Position numbers and translations under genes: made by a program
Shown: one piece after another, positions 39,612 to 49,613 of the stretch
Layout of the letters: each line of letters opens with the position of its first letter
How positions within the stretch are numbered: position 1 is the first letter of the stretch
Assembly: GCA_047150005.1 (NCBI GenBank)
Contig: AP038806.1
Location: 2,432,001-2,496,000, forward strand
From: Nitrospira sp.
GTDB taxonomy: Bacteria; Nitrospirota; Nitrospiria; Nitrospirales; Nitrospiraceae
Direction: 5' to 3'
DNA length: 64,000 nucleotides
The notes under the pieces: generated by a model
What the model was told of the DNA's origin: nothing
Database searches by the model: none
Seen by the model: only the letters and a program-made list of their open reading frames with translations

Positions 39612-42014
39612 ATGGAAAGGCTCAGTATGGGAGACGGCCTCGTTTCGCTGAACGATCCCACACGGCTGGAGGCGCGCCGCAAAGCGGACGAATTCCTCCG
39701 ATCCCTCGTCGAAGGCACGATCACCTCTACGGGCGGCGACTTCCTCCGCGAGTTGGTCCGGCGCGTGGCGGCGGCGCTGAACATCCGCTATTGCTTCGTC
39801 GGGTATCTCCTGCCGGGAGCGAAGATCAGGACGCTCGCATTCTGGACGGGCGACGGACATATGGACCCGGTCGAATACCGCCTGGAGGGCACTCCCTGCG
39901 AGGAGGTGATCGCCGGCAAGACCTGCCACTATGCGCAAGACGTCCAGAACCTGTTCCCGCGCGATCGCGAGCTGGTGACGATGGGTGTCATGGGCTATTT
40001 GGGAGTCCCTCTGAAAGATCCAAAGGGAGCGGTGCTGGGCCACTTGGCGGCGATGGACGTGAAGGCCATGCCGTTGACGGCCGAAGAAATCGAGGTCTTT
40101 AGACTCTTCGGTGAACGGGCCGGCGTCGAGGTATATCGTCAAGTCATGGAACTCTCGCTCAAGGAACGAGAGGCCACCTTGCGGGCGATTTCGGAAGGCA
40201 CAGCGCAGGCCGTCGGCGGCGAGTTCTTCCATTCACTGGTGAAGAATCTGGCGGCGGCGCTCGACGTGACCTATGCCTTTGTGTCCGAATTCTGCGTCGA
40301 TCGGTCGAAGGTGCGGACGTTGGCCTTCTGGGCAGGGGACCATTTCAAAGCGAATTTCGAGTATGCGATCGCCCACACGCCCTGCGAGAAAGTATTGGCC
40401 GGGGAGCTGTACCACTGCGCGGATGACGTCGCCGATCAGTTCCCCCTTCATCGCGACGATTTAGAAGGGTTGGGAGTCAAGAGTTATCTGGCGATCCCCA
40501 TCACGAGTGCCGGCCGGGAGGTCTTGGGACATTTGGCCGTGATGGATACCAAACGCATGGAGTTGGGGCAGCTGGACCTGTCGGTCTTCAAGATTTTCGG
40601 CGCGCGGGCCGGGGCAGAATTGGAACGGCTCCACATGGAAACACTCCTGAAAGACAATGAAGAGCGGCTGCGCGATCTTTTCGATGAAGCACCGATCGCC
40701 TATGTCCATGAAGGGCTGGATACCCGATTCATTCGCGCTAACCGTACCGCCATGCGCAGCCTGGGTATCACGCCGGAGGAAGTCGACGGCACCTACGGCA
40801 GAACCTTTATTCCCGATACGCCGGAAGCTCAGCGTCGTCTGAAGGCGGCATTGGAGGCCATCGGCCGCGGCACGGATACGAGCGGCGTCGTGCTCGAGCT
40901 GCGTCGGAAAGATAACGGTAAGCCGCTCTGGATTCAGTGGTGGTCGAGACCGGATCCCAGCGGGACCTATACGAGGACGATGTTCATCGACATCACCGAG
41001 AAGGTGTTGATGGAACAGGAGAAGGCTCGATTGGAAGCCGCGAACGTGTATCTTCAGGAGGAAATCAAAACCGCGCACAACTTCGAAGAGATCATCGGGA
41101 CGTCGGACGCCATCAAGAAGGTGCTGAGGGCCATCGAACAAGTGGCCGGTACGGACGCGACGGTACTCGTGACGGGAGAGACGGGAACGGGAAAAGAACT
41201 CATCGCCCGCGCGATCCACCATCTGAGTAACCGGAAGCAGGGTGTGCTTGTCAAAGTCAATTGCGCGGCCATTCCTGCCGGCTTGATGGAAAGCGAGCTG
41301 TTCGGGCATGAGAAGGGCGCCTTCACCGGCGCACTCGCGCGGAAGATCGGCCGGTTTGAATTGGCGGACAAAGCGACGATCTTTCTCGACGAAGTCGGCG
41401 AGATTCCATTGGACTTGCAAACGAAACTCTTGCGCGTGTTGCAAGAAGGGGAATTCGAGCGGTTGGGCAGCGCCAAGACCATGAAAGTCAACGCGCGGGT
41501 CATCGCCGCAACCAATCGGGATCTGGAGAAAGAGGTCCGCATCGGGCGCTTCCGCTCGGACCTCTTCTATCGCTTGAATGTCTTTCCGATTCAACTCCCG
41601 GCACTGCGTGAGCGAACGCAGGATATTCAATTGCTGCTCTCGTATTTCGTCAAAAAGTTCTCCGCCGCGATGGGCAAGAAGGTGGAATCGGTCTCCGCCA
41701 AGTCGATGGAAATGTTGAAACGCTATCCCTGGCCCGGCAACATCCGCGAACTGGAGCATGCCATCGAACGCGCCGTGATTCTCAGCCAGGGAACCGATCT
41801 GGAACTGGGTGACTGGATGCCCAAGGACCCGGCGCATGTTGAAGGCGGCTCCACGCCCACGCTGGAAGACGTGGAACGCTCGCATATCGTGGCCGTCCTC
41901 ACCCTGACCGCTTGGCGCGTCAGCGGAGAGAAGGGGGCGGCCAAGATCCTGGGGCTCAATCCCACCACGCTCGAAGCTCGCATGAAGAAGCTCGGTATCA
42001 GCAGGCCGGCCTAA
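39612..42014 (+). CDS. Sigma-54 enhancer-binding protein (GAF-GAF-PAS-AAA+-HTH, FhlA-like)
   Basis: Two GAF repeats with 'TPCE', 'GETGTGKE', 'GAFTGA', 'WPGNIRELE', Fis-type HTH. Start may be 39627. Confidence 0.93.
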   Translation: MERLSMGDGLVSLNDPTRLEARRKADEFLRSLVEGTITSTGGDFLRELVRRVAAALNIRYCFVGYLLPGAKIRTLAFWTGDGHMDPVEYRLEGTPCEEVIAGKTCHYAQDVQNLFPRDRELVTMGVMGYLGVPLKDPKGAVLGHLAAMDVKAMPLTAEEIEVFRLFGERAGVEVYRQVMELSLKEREATLRAISEGTAQAVGGEFFHSLVKNLAAALDVTYAFVSEFCVDRSKVRTLAFWAGDHFKANFEYAIAHTPCEKVLAGELYHCADDVADQFPLHRDDLEGLGVKSYLAIPITSAGREVLGHLAVMDTKRMELGQLDLSVFKIFGARAGAELERLHMETLLKDNEERLRDLFDEAPIAYVHEGLDTRFIRANRTAMRSLGITPEEVDGTYGRTFIPDTPEAQRRLKAALEAIGRGTDTSGVVLELRRKDNGKPLWIQWWSRPDPSGTYTRTMFIDITEKVLMEQEKARLEAANVYLQEEIKTAHNFEEIIGTSDAIKKVLRAIEQVAGTDATVLVTGETGTGKELIARAIHHLSNRKQGVLVKVNCAAIPAGLMESELFGHEKGAFTGALARKIGRFELADKATIFLDEVGEIPLDLQTKLLRVLQEGEFERLGSAKTMKVNARVIAATNRDLEKEVRIGRFRSDLFYRLNVFPIQLPALRERTQDIQLLLSYFVKKFSAAMGKKVESVSAKSMEMLKRYPWPGNIRELEHAIERAVILSQGTDLELGDWMPKDPAHVEGGSTPTLEDVERSHIVAVLTLTAWRVSGEKGAAKILGLNPTTLEARMKKLGISRPA

Positions 42015-42035
42015 TCGCCTCACACCTCGACTGGT

Positions 42036-42070
42036 TCCCAACATTTCGTGACCGTCCCAATATGTTGGGA
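42036..42070 (+). promoter_or_regulatory. Tandem palindromic upstream activator sequences
   Basis: TCCCAACATTTCGTGA and TCCCAATATGTTGGGA, about 110-140 bp upstream of a sigma-54 promoter. Confidence 0.65.
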
Positions 42071-42178
42071 ATCAATTCCATGAAAGCTCGTCTCTCATCC
42101 GGGTGACGCTCCCGCGTCTACACTCGAAACGGCCATTGCTTCAATGACTTGTACGGACCTCCATCTGTCCGACGCTCC

Positions 42179-42194
42179 TGGCATTCCCGTTGCT
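42179..42194 (+). promoter_or_regulatory. Sigma-54 (-24/-12) promoter
   Basis: TGGCATTCCCGTTGCT fits TGGCA-N6-TTGC(A/T). Confidence 0.85.
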
Positions 42195-42235
42195 GAGTAG
42201 TCGTGCATCAAGCGAACGCAAGAGAGGATGACGCG

Positions 42236-42505
42236 ATGTTGAGAATCACCAAGACAGAGGACAGCGGAACGACGGTAGTGCTGAAGCTGGAAGGAAAAGT
42301 GACGGAGCAGTGGGCTGCGTTGCTCGACGCCGAATGCCGGGCATTGCTGCGAAATCATAAGACGCTGTCGTTGGACTGTGCCGGAGTGAATTTCTTGGAT
42401 GCACGGGGAGTCGAGGTGCTGAGACGGCTTCGTCTGAGCGCAGTCAGCATTATCGGCGCTCCCGGAATCGTCACGGAGCTGCTGCAAACAGGAGGTCAGT
42501 CATGA
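42236..42505 (+). CDS. STAS-domain protein
   Basis: 'LKLEGKV...LDCAGVNFLDARGVEVL'. Confidence 0.8.
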   Translation: MLRITKTEDSGTTVVLKLEGKVTEQWAALLDAECRALLRNHKTLSLDCAGVNFLDARGVEVLRRLRLSAVSIIGAPGIVTELLQTGGQS

Positions 42506-43212
42506 ATACCGCCGCTCTCGTCAACCAGGACTTCGCAGGCCATGGATGTTCCCACGAACATCGGCCGCGTACGGTCATGGCGCCAAAGACCGATGAGGTC
42601 TTGCTGGACCGGCTGCGTGCGGGCGAGGAAGGGGCGTTCGATGAATTGGTGCGCAAGCATCATGGCGCGCTCGTCCGTATGGCGATGGGCTATGTGGCCG
42701 ATCGCGAGGTGGCGGAGGAGGTGGTGCAGGATACCTGGATGGCCGTCATCGAGAATCTCTCCAGGTTTGAAGGGCGGTCGTCGCTGCGGACCTGGATTTT
42801 TGGGATCTTGATTCATAAGGCCAAAGATCGAGGCGTCCGGGAGAAGCGGCATACGACCTTCTCGGCTTTCGAATCCTGCGAAGATGACAATGAGGAGGCC
42901 GTGGATCCGTCTTGTTTCCACCAGAGGGGCGAATGGGCGGGCCACTGGGCCATCCCTCCGCAACCCTGGGACGACCGGACCCCGGAAAAGCTGCTGGCCT
43001 CTCAGCAGGCGATTCACGCTATGAACAGCGCGATCGACTCTCTGCCCGGAACGTTCAAGCAGGTGTTGATTCTCCGGGACATTGAAGGGGTCGACATCAA
43101 GGAGGCCTGCGCCCTCCTCAACATCACAGAAACCAACCTGTATGTACGGTTGCACCGGGCGCGCGAGCGGGTTCGCAAGGTTGTGGAAGCGTATCTACAG
43201 ATTCCGGTCTAG
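42502..43212 (+). CDS. ECF RNA polymerase sigma factor
   Basis: Region 2 'AEEVVQDTW...FEGRSSLRTWIFGI'; region 4 'LILRDIEG...LHRARERVR'. Confidence 0.95.
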   Translation: MNTAALVNQDFAGHGCSHEHRPRTVMAPKTDEVLLDRLRAGEEGAFDELVRKHHGALVRMAMGYVADREVAEEVVQDTWMAVIENLSRFEGRSSLRTWIFGILIHKAKDRGVREKRHTTFSAFESCEDDNEEAVDPSCFHQRGEWAGHWAIPPQPWDDRTPEKLLASQQAIHAMNSAIDSLPGTFKQVLILRDIEGVDIKEACALLNITETNLYVRLHRARERVRKVVEAYLQIPV

Positions 43213-43216
43213 CGTG

Positions 43217-43243
43217 TGTAAGAAACGGCCGAGACCGCCGACT
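43217..43243 (+). promoter_or_regulatory. ECF-type promoter TGTAAG-N16-CGACT
   Basis: Repeated motif between the sigma and anti-sigma genes. Confidence 0.8.
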
Positions 43244-43275
43244 CACGGTTAGCACGTCAACCGGAGAGTCTCCAA

Positions 43276-43542
43276 ATGGTACCCGATCCGTCCGAACAGA
43301 CCATGCGGACGATGACATGCCGCGAAGTTGTCGAGTGTACGACGGTCTATCTGGAGGAGTCTGTGCGTGGTTTTGTGAGAGCCACTATGGATTCCCACCT
43401 GGCGTCCTGTGCCGGTTGTCGCGCGTATGTAGACCAGATGGCGTCGGTCCGTGAGGCGTTGAAACTGCTGCCGCCACCGGTCATGGGATCCGCGCAGCGA
43501 ACGCGACTGCGACAGGCCTTTGCCGCGCGGCGGTTAGGCTGA
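43276..43542 (+). CDS. Soluble zinc-binding anti-sigma factor (ZAS, zf-HC2)
   Basis: 'MTCREV...HLASCAGC' HxxxCxxC; no TM helix. Confidence 0.88.
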   Translation: MVPDPSEQTMRTMTCREVVECTTVYLEESVRGFVRATMDSHLASCAGCRAYVDQMASVREALKLLPPPVMGSAQRTRLRQAFAARRLG

Positions 43543-43559
43543 GATGGGGGAGAGGCATC

Positions 43560-44663
43560 ATGAAAGCTGTGGCCGTTTTTCCGGGAAAGCCTGATTCCAT
43601 TCATCTCGCCGACCTGCCGAAACCGTCCGTGCACGAGATTCCGAACGGACGAGGAGTCCTGGTGCAAGTGTTGCGCGTCGGGGTCGACGGCACGGACAAG
43701 GAAATCAACGCGGCGGAGTACGGCCAGGCTCCCCCTGGCTGTGACTTTCTCGTCATCGGTCATGAATGTTTTGGCCGAGTCATGGAAGTCGGCCCGCACG
43801 TGCGCGAATTCATGCCGGGCGACTATGTCGTGCCGACGGTACGACGACCGGGTGCGAGCTTTTACGACAAGATCGGTCAATACGACATGACGACCGAGGA
43901 CATCTACTACGAGCGGGGCATCAATTTGAGGCACGGATTCCTGACGGAATATTTCGTGGAGGACCCGGAATACATTGTGAAAGTTCCGAAAGGATTGAAG
44001 CATGTCGGTGTGCTGCTGGAGCCGACTTCCGTCATCGAAAAAGGAATTATCCAAGCCTATGAAGCGCAGCGCCGGTTGAAAGTCTGGCGGCCGAAGCGCG
44101 CCGCCGTGCTCGGCGCGGGCACGATCGGCATGCTGGCGGCTATGTCATTGCGGATGCGAGGGCTCGAAGTGGTGAGCTTCGGCCGCAACCCCGCCCCGTA
44201 CCGGAATTCGGAATTGCTCGCGGAAATCGGGGCACAATACGTCTCGACGCAGGAGACGTCCATTAGAGCCGCGGCGGACACGTACGGGCCATTTGATCTG
44301 ATGTTCGAGGCCACCGGGTTTGCGCCCATTGTCTTCGAGTGCATGGAGCACTTGGGAAAGAACGGCGTCTTAATCCTGTCCAGCGTGACTGGCGGCGGGA
44401 GAAGCGCTCAGGTGCCGGCCGACATGATCAACCTCGGGTTCGTGCTCGGGAACAAGGTCATGGTCGGAACCGTCAATGCCAATCGGGAGTATTTTGAAGC
44501 CGGCGTGTACGATCTGTCTCGTGCCGAACTGGAATTTCCCGGCTGGCTCTCCAAACTCCTGACGCATCCCGTGACGGGGCTGGAGAACTATCGGGACATG
44601 ATGCGGACGTTGACGACGGAAAAACAGGCCATCAAAGTCTATGTGACGGTCGGACAGGATTGA
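43560..44663 (+). CDS. Zn-dependent glucose 1-dehydrogenase-like (MDR family)
   Basis: '[10 protein letters not shown]', 'IGHE', 'VPTVRRP', 'ERGI', 'LLEPTSV.EK', 'GAGTIG', 'NKVMVGTVN'. Confidence 0.85.
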   Translation: MKAVAVFPGKPDSIHLADLPKPSVHEIPNGRGVLVQVLRVGVDGTDKEINAAEYGQAPPGCDFLVIGHECFGRVMEVGPHVREFMPGDYVVPTVRRPGASFYDKIGQYDMTTEDIYYERGINLRHGFLTEYFVEDPEYIVKVPKGLKHVGVLLEPTSVIEKGIIQAYEAQRRLKVWRPKRAAVLGAGTIGMLAAMSLRMRGLEVVSFGRNPAPYRNSELLAEIGAQYVSTQETSIRAAADTYGPFDLMFEATGFAPIVFECMEHLGKNGVLILSSVTGGGRSAQVPADMINLGFVLGNKVMVGTVNANREYFEAGVYDLSRAELEFPGWLSKLLTHPVTGLENYRDMMRTLTTEKQAIKVYVTVGQD

Positions 44664-44698
44664 TGAAGCACGTCTATCCATTAACCAGGAGGAATCCG

Positions 44699-44983
44699 AT
44701 GAAGACCATGATGATCGGTTTGGCTACGGTATTCTGTTTGGCCGGACTCACGCCCCTGTCATTTGCCGACGAGATGGGTAAGATGACAAATGAGATGAAG
44801 GGTGATGCGATGGGGCACAAGGATGCGATGAAAGGGGAAATGAAGGGGACGTCGAACGACATGAAGGGGCAGAAGGATTCCATGAAAGGGGAGACGAAGG
44901 CGAAGCGCGACGAGATGAAAGGGGAGATGAAGGCCACACACGACGGCATGAAGGGTGAAATGAAAGGGGCCATGGGCAAGTAA
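44699..44983 (+). CDS. Exported methionine-rich repeat protein
   Basis: RBS AGGAGGA; signal peptide 'SFA-D'; mature part has 13 Met in 71 residues as MKG(E/D)-type repeats. Confidence 0.85.
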   Translation: MKTMMIGLATVFCLAGLTPLSFADEMGKMTNEMKGDAMGHKDAMKGEMKGTSNDMKGQKDSMKGETKAKRDEMKGEMKATHDGMKGEMKGAMGK

Positions 44984-45067
44984 AGTACCCCACTCCATCG
45001 GTCCCACCGAGCGATGGCCTGCGGTCCCACACGACTGCAGGCCATCCTTTTTCAGTACTCCGTGGTC

Positions 45068-45094
45068 TGTAAGAACTGTCCCCGCTCGACGACA
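45068..45094 (+). promoter_or_regulatory. ECF-type promoter TGTAAG-N16-CGACA
   Basis: Repeated motif upstream of the cytochrome b gene. Confidence 0.8.
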
Positions 45095-45130
45095 ATTCTC
45101 ATAGACAGCATCCCGCGAGAGGAGATGATC

Positions 45131-46036
45131 ATGACCACAATGATTGAAAGCGAACCAAATACGCGGAGTCGGATGCGTGGAGCAGTTCTCTCTCCGGACC
45201 GGACACCCGAGGCGCCGAGTTCCGCACCAGCCGGAGCCGTCAAGGAGCAAATCTACCGGCATAAGCTCCCGGTGCGGCTGGGCCATTGGCTCAACGTCCT
45301 CTGTTTGATCATTCTCATCATGAGCGGGCTGCAGATCTTCAATGCCCATCCGGCTCTGTATTGGGGGGATCGGTCCGATCGCGATCGTCCCCTCCTCTCG
45401 ATTCGCCCGGTCAAAACGGAGGACGGCGGCGTGCGAGGCATCACGACCATTTTGGGGCATCGGTTCGACACGACCGGGGTGCTCGGCTATTCCAATGGGT
45501 CGGGCCGCGCGTTCCCGGCATGGGCCACGGTGCCCAGCGCGCGCTGGCTTGCGATGGGGCGGCAGTGGCACCTGTTCTTTGCCTGGGTCTTCGTGGTCAA
45601 CGGTCTCATCTTTACGGCTTACGGAATATACAGCCGCCACTTCAAAAAGGATCTGCTGCCGACCGGCCGAGATTTGAAACAGATCCCGCAAGCCGTGAAA
45701 GACCATCTCCTATTGCGCCATCCGAAAGGTGATGAAGCCAAGCGCTACAACGTGCTCCAGAAACTCGCCTACGTCGGCGTGATCGTTGGCCTGGCTCCGT
45801 TGATCGTGTTGACGGGCCTGACCATGTCTCCGACGATCGATACGGCGTTCCCCTGGTTGTTGACGATCTTCGGCGGACGCCAGGCGGCGCGCACGATTCA
45901 CTTCATCGCCTGTTTCTCGTTCGTCGGGTTCATTGTCATCCATGTATCACAAGTGTTCCTGACAGGGTTCTTCAATAATATTCGTTCGATGATTACCGGA
46001 TGGTTTGTGGTCAAGCAGGAAGGAGCCCAATCATGA
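45131..46036 (+). CDS. Cytochrome b/b6-domain membrane protein (partner of Mo oxidoreductase)
   Basis: 'RLGHWLN...MSGLQIFNAHP', 'QWHLFFAW', 'YNVLQKLAY', 'ARTIHF...IHV'. Confidence 0.88.
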   Translation: MTTMIESEPNTRSRMRGAVLSPDRTPEAPSSAPAGAVKEQIYRHKLPVRLGHWLNVLCLIILIMSGLQIFNAHPALYWGDRSDRDRPLLSIRPVKTEDGGVRGITTILGHRFDTTGVLGYSNGSGRAFPAWATVPSARWLAMGRQWHLFFAWVFVVNGLIFTAYGIYSRHFKKDLLPTGRDLKQIPQAVKDHLLLRHPKGDEAKRYNVLQKLAYVGVIVGLAPLIVLTGLTMSPTIDTAFPWLLTIFGGRQAARTIHFIACFSFVGFIVIHVSQVFLTGFFNNIRSMITGWFVVKQEGAQS

Positions 46037-46785
46037 ACAGACGGGAATTCTTAAAAGGCACAGTCGGTGCGGCCAGTGTCGTTGCACTCGCCGGCTGCGA
46101 TAACCTGACCCAGAGCGGCTGGTTTCCCGGCATCCTCAACAAGGCGGAGAACCTGACTGACTTGGTCCAGCGGGCGATCACGCCGGCCGACGCGCTTGCC
46201 AAGGAATACACGGAGGCGGATCTCTCCGCCGTGTTTCCCGCAAACGGCAATACCGATCCGGGCACGCAGGCCTATGCCGAAATGCTCCAGAACCATTTCG
46301 CAGACTGGGACGTGACGATCGACGGGCTCGTATCCCATCCGACCGTCTTTTCACTCGCCGCCATCAAGGACATGCCGGCTCGAACGCAAATTACGCGTCA
46401 CGATTGTGTGGAAGGCTGGAGCGCGATCGGCAAATGGACCGGCGTCCCGCTCGGCGATCTCATGCACAAGGTTGAGCCGTTGGCTCGAGCTCGGTATGCG
46501 GTGGTTTACTGCGCGGACGTCGATGACGAAGGCATTGCCTACTATGAGAGCATGACGCTTCAAGATCTCTATCATCCTCAGACCATCCTGGCCTATGAAC
46601 TGAACAATCAGCCGTTGGATGTCCCGCACGGCGCACCCCTGCGACTCCGATTCGAGCGTCAACTCGGCTACAAGCAGGCCAAGTATGTGACGCGAATCCA
46701 ACTGGTTGAAACCCTCGAAGGCATCGCCGGCGGGAAAGGCGGGTATTGGGAGGATCAGGGGTATGAATGGTACGCGGGCATCTAG
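46033..46785 (+). CDS. Tat-exported molybdopterin oxidoreductase, sulfite-oxidase/MsrP-like
   Basis: 'MNRREFLK', 'TRHDCVEGWSAIGKWTG', 'HGAPLRL...LGYKQAKY', 'GGYWED'. Confidence 0.88.
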   Translation: MNRREFLKGTVGAASVVALAGCDNLTQSGWFPGILNKAENLTDLVQRAITPADALAKEYTEADLSAVFPANGNTDPGTQAYAEMLQNHFADWDVTIDGLVSHPTVFSLAAIKDMPARTQITRHDCVEGWSAIGKWTGVPLGDLMHKVEPLARARYAVVYCADVDDEGIAYYESMTLQDLYHPQTILAYELNNQPLDVPHGAPLRLRFERQLGYKQAKYVTRIQLVETLEGIAGGKGGYWEDQGYEWYAGI

Positions 46786-46920
46786 CCCGACTTATCCTTG
46801 AGCGGTTCTGCTGCAATCGCGAATTCGCTGCTGCAACAAACGTGCACCGGCTTGCGAAGCGTGCAAGTGGGCTGGCTCGTCGCTCGGTCGGTCAATGTCC
46901 TGCTAGGACACCTCCCTTCC

Positions 46921-46969
46921 TCGCGACTCCACGCGCCCGTTTCGCGACGCGACTTCGCAATCTCGCGAC
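46921..46969. repeat. Three TCGCGAC copies at 21-bp period
   Basis: Copies start at 46921, 46942 and 46963 in an intergenic gap. Confidence 0.6.
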
Positions 46970-47021
46970 GAACCGTCATGAATAAGGCGGGCTAGATGCC
47001 CGCATTGTGCTGGATACCGGC

Positions 47022-48140
47022 ATGAGATTAGCCAGAACCAGTGCGACGGGTTTGCTCGGAACAGTGGTGGTGAGTTTCCTCACCGGCTGTCTCTCTCCTA
47101 TCGCCCTGCACCGCGCGGTGCAGGAGTATGATCGAACGGTCAGCCAGGTGGAAGCGGAATTGCTCCTGTTGAATATCGCACGGGCGCGCCATCATCGGCC
47201 CGTGCATTTCACCGCTGTGTCCAGCGTGGCGGCAACCTTTGACTTTCGGACGAACGTCGGCATTCGCGGCGGCTTCGGGCCGTCGATCGACTCGACCGAA
47301 CGGCCGCTGAACCTTGAATACGGCGCGAGCGTGGCGGAGAATCCGACGGTCACGATCGTGCCGATTTCAGGTGAGGAATTCACCAAACGGATTCTCCGTC
47401 CTCTCGAGGAGTCCCACTTCGACTTTCTGGCGCATCAAGGGTTCGACATCAACATGATTCTCCGATTGATGGCGAGGGGAATGATCCTGGAGGACGAAGG
47501 GCGGGGCCGTACAGTCCTGTTTAATGCGCCGGCACGCCGAGAAGAATATGCCGCTTTTCGACAGCGTCTCCTGCATCTGGCGTCACTGCAACAGGCGCGC
47601 GCGCTCTATATCGAACCGCTCAGTTATGAGGAGCCCTTTCCGGTGGCTCTGGATCGCGCGCTCACGCCGGCGGAAGTCGTGGCTGCGCTCGACAAGGGCA
47701 ATCGCTGGAGCATCAAGAACCAGCTCAATTCCCAGACCCTGACCCGTAAAGTCGTCGGGCGTCTCGTGATTGCCAACTATGAACCCTGGCGACTCACCAA
47801 TGAAGAACGGCATCGGCTCAATGAAGAGATCCAGTCAACCGTTCAAGGACTGCACCAGAAAATAGCAGGGCTGGCATTTGCCGGGGCAAGAGGGATCAGC
47901 CGTGTTGAGATCAGCACAGATGAAGGTGAGCATTGGACGGCCGCAGACCTGGCGCCATCCCGTTCTCTCTATGCCTGGAGGTTCTGGAGCTATGGCTGGA
48001 CCATATCGGCGCCGGGTCGATATACGCTGGTCGTTCGCGCAACGGATGGAACCGGTGCACGTCAGACGAGCGTGGAGCAAGAACCGGCACCCGATGGCGC
48101 AACCGGCCTCCATGAAATCACAGTCACAGTGACGCTTTAA
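47022..48140 (+). CDS. Probable chimaera: hypothetical lipoprotein N-terminus fused to sulfite-oxidase dimerisation domain
   Basis: Lipobox 'FLTGC'. After ~47835 'IAGLAFAGARGISRVEISTD.G..W...WRFWSY.W...GRYTLVVRATD.TG.RQ...PDGATG'; no Moco-binding domain. Confidence 0.65.
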   Translation: MRLARTSATGLLGTVVVSFLTGCLSPIALHRAVQEYDRTVSQVEAELLLLNIARARHHRPVHFTAVSSVAATFDFRTNVGIRGGFGPSIDSTERPLNLEYGASVAENPTVTIVPISGEEFTKRILRPLEESHFDFLAHQGFDINMILRLMARGMILEDEGRGRTVLFNAPARREEYAAFRQRLLHLASLQQARALYIEPLSYEEPFPVALDRALTPAEVVAALDKGNRWSIKNQLNSQTLTRKVVGRLVIANYEPWRLTNEERHRLNEEIQSTVQGLHQKIAGLAFAGARGISRVEISTDEGEHWTAADLAPSRSLYAWRFWSYGWTISAPGRYTLVVRATDGTGARQTSVEQEPAPDGATGLHEITVTVTL

Positions 48141-48175
48141 AGAAAGGTGGACGACCACCAAGAAAGAAGGCGTCG

Positions 48176-48976
48176 ATGGTTTGGATGTGGATCATTCTCC
48201 TCACGGGAATGGTTGAAACCGGCTGTTCGTCGGTTCCCGAGCGATTTACTCCTCTCGACCCGGTTGACTCCGCTCACGTATCACACCAGTTGCTGAACGA
48301 TGTGTTCCAGACCTCGGTCACAGACGGATCTGTTGACTATCCGCAGATTCAGTTAGATGGGAGATTTGGGGCCTATGTCACGATGCTCGATCGCGTGAAT
48401 CCTTCGGCGATTTCCCCTGGCGATCGCCTTGCATTCTGGATCAACGGCTACAACGCCTGTGCGATTCAGGGCATTCTCGATGGGTACAGTCCGAAGCCCT
48501 ATATCGGCTGGTATCGCTTCTTCAAAGCGCATAGGTGCGGAATTGGAGGAGAGCGACTGAATCTCAGCGGCATCGAACATGAAATTCTGCGCAAGGAGTT
48601 TCATGAGCCGCGCATCCATTTCGCCATCGTCTGTGCCTCTTCATCCTGTCCCAAATTGCCCTCATGGGCCTACGATCCAAGGCAGCTCGATGCGCAATTG
48701 GATCAAGCTGCGCGAGCATTCATCAATGATCCAACGAGGAACCGTTTCGATCGACGACTGAAAATCGCCTACCTGTCGAAGATCTTCGATTGGTTTGAGG
48801 ATGATTTCGCGGGGGATTCCGGTTCGGTTTTACCATTTGTTGCACGGTACGTCCATGACGCGGACCTCGCGCGCGAACTCACGCCGGGTGTATACCGGAT
48901 CGCCTATCTGGACTATGACTGGAGCCTCAATGGTCCAGCGCCGAAGGAGGCGACCCATGCTCGTGCACGGGAATGA
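48176..48976 (+). CDS. DUF547 family lipoprotein
   Basis: 'LAFWINGYNA', 'IEHEILR', 'EPRIHFAIVCASSSCP', 'LSKIFDWF.DF', 'YDWSLN'. Confidence 0.9.
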   Translation: MVWMWIILLTGMVETGCSSVPERFTPLDPVDSAHVSHQLLNDVFQTSVTDGSVDYPQIQLDGRFGAYVTMLDRVNPSAISPGDRLAFWINGYNACAIQGILDGYSPKPYIGWYRFFKAHRCGIGGERLNLSGIEHEILRKEFHEPRIHFAIVCASSSCPKLPSWAYDPRQLDAQLDQAARAFINDPTRNRFDRRLKIAYLSKIFDWFEDDFAGDSGSVLPFVARYVHDADLARELTPGVYRIAYLDYDWSLNGPAPKEATHARARE

Positions 48977-49613
48977 ACGGGCGCCGATCGCGAAATTATT
49001 GACGTTTCTTGAGCACGGAGAGCGTCTCGCACATGCCTGTGCGAAGGCTCAGGCCGCGTTGACGGTGGATGTCGGTCATCGTCGTTTTCTTCTGACACAA
49101 GCGAGGCAGGAAGCCATGCATGCCATGGTCTTTCAAGGGGCCATCGCCTGGCTCGCGCCGAGGTATCTCGGACAGAGGCCGATGCTCCCGGCATTGGAGG
49201 AATATCGGAAGCGGCTCTTTGATGCCATGGCTCGGAAAGATTTGATCGAGACGATTCTTGCAGAACAAGTCATTTTAGAGGGATTGGGAGAAGCCATCCT
49301 CACCCGTATCGAGGCCGGATTGATGAAGCGGTCCGCCCCCTATGGCCGGTTGCGGCGAATACTGCTGCATCAGGAGGAAGCGCATCATGGATTCGGCCGG
49401 CGTGTTCTCGAACGGGCCATGGCCGAGGGACGCACCGATGTGGCAGCTCTTCGCCACAGTGCACACAACTATCTCGGGTTGACCGAGCAGATGGTTCATT
49501 TCTTGAGCGATCTCTTTGAATCGATTGCTGAGGATCCGGCAGCTTGGGCCGCCGACGTCAGAGCGTTTTTGCCGCCGTGGCTCTCACCGGAAAGGATGGT
49601 CGAGGTGATCTGA
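48957..49613 (+). CDS. Ferritin-like di-iron protein
   Basis: RBS AAGGAGG; paired E / ExxH motifs 'QEAMH', 'ILEG', 'QEEAHH'. Confidence 0.7.
   Translation: MLVHGNERAPIAKLLTFLEHGERLAHACAKAQAALTVDVGHRRFLLTQARQEAMHAMVFQGAIAWLAPRYLGQRPMLPALEEYRKRLFDAMARKDLIETILAEQVILEGLGEAILTRIEAGLMKRSAPYGRLRRILLHQEEAHHGFGRRVLERAMAEGRTDVAALRHSAHNYLGLTEQMVHFLSDLFESIAEDPAAWAADVRAFLPPWLSPERMVEVI

Noticed and set aside
37361..42044. Long minus-strand ORFs (416, 362 and 527 aa)
   Set aside because: Shadows of ndh, VOC and the sigma-54 activator, expected at high GC3.
42150..42174. TGTACG...CGACG as an autoregulatory ECF promoter for the sigma gene
   Set aside because: Spacer is 14 nt, not the invariant 16.
44770..44980. 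Short tandem repeats as CRISPR or VNTR
   Set aside because: They are the coding repeats (ATGAARGG) of the Met-rich protein, with no spacer structure.
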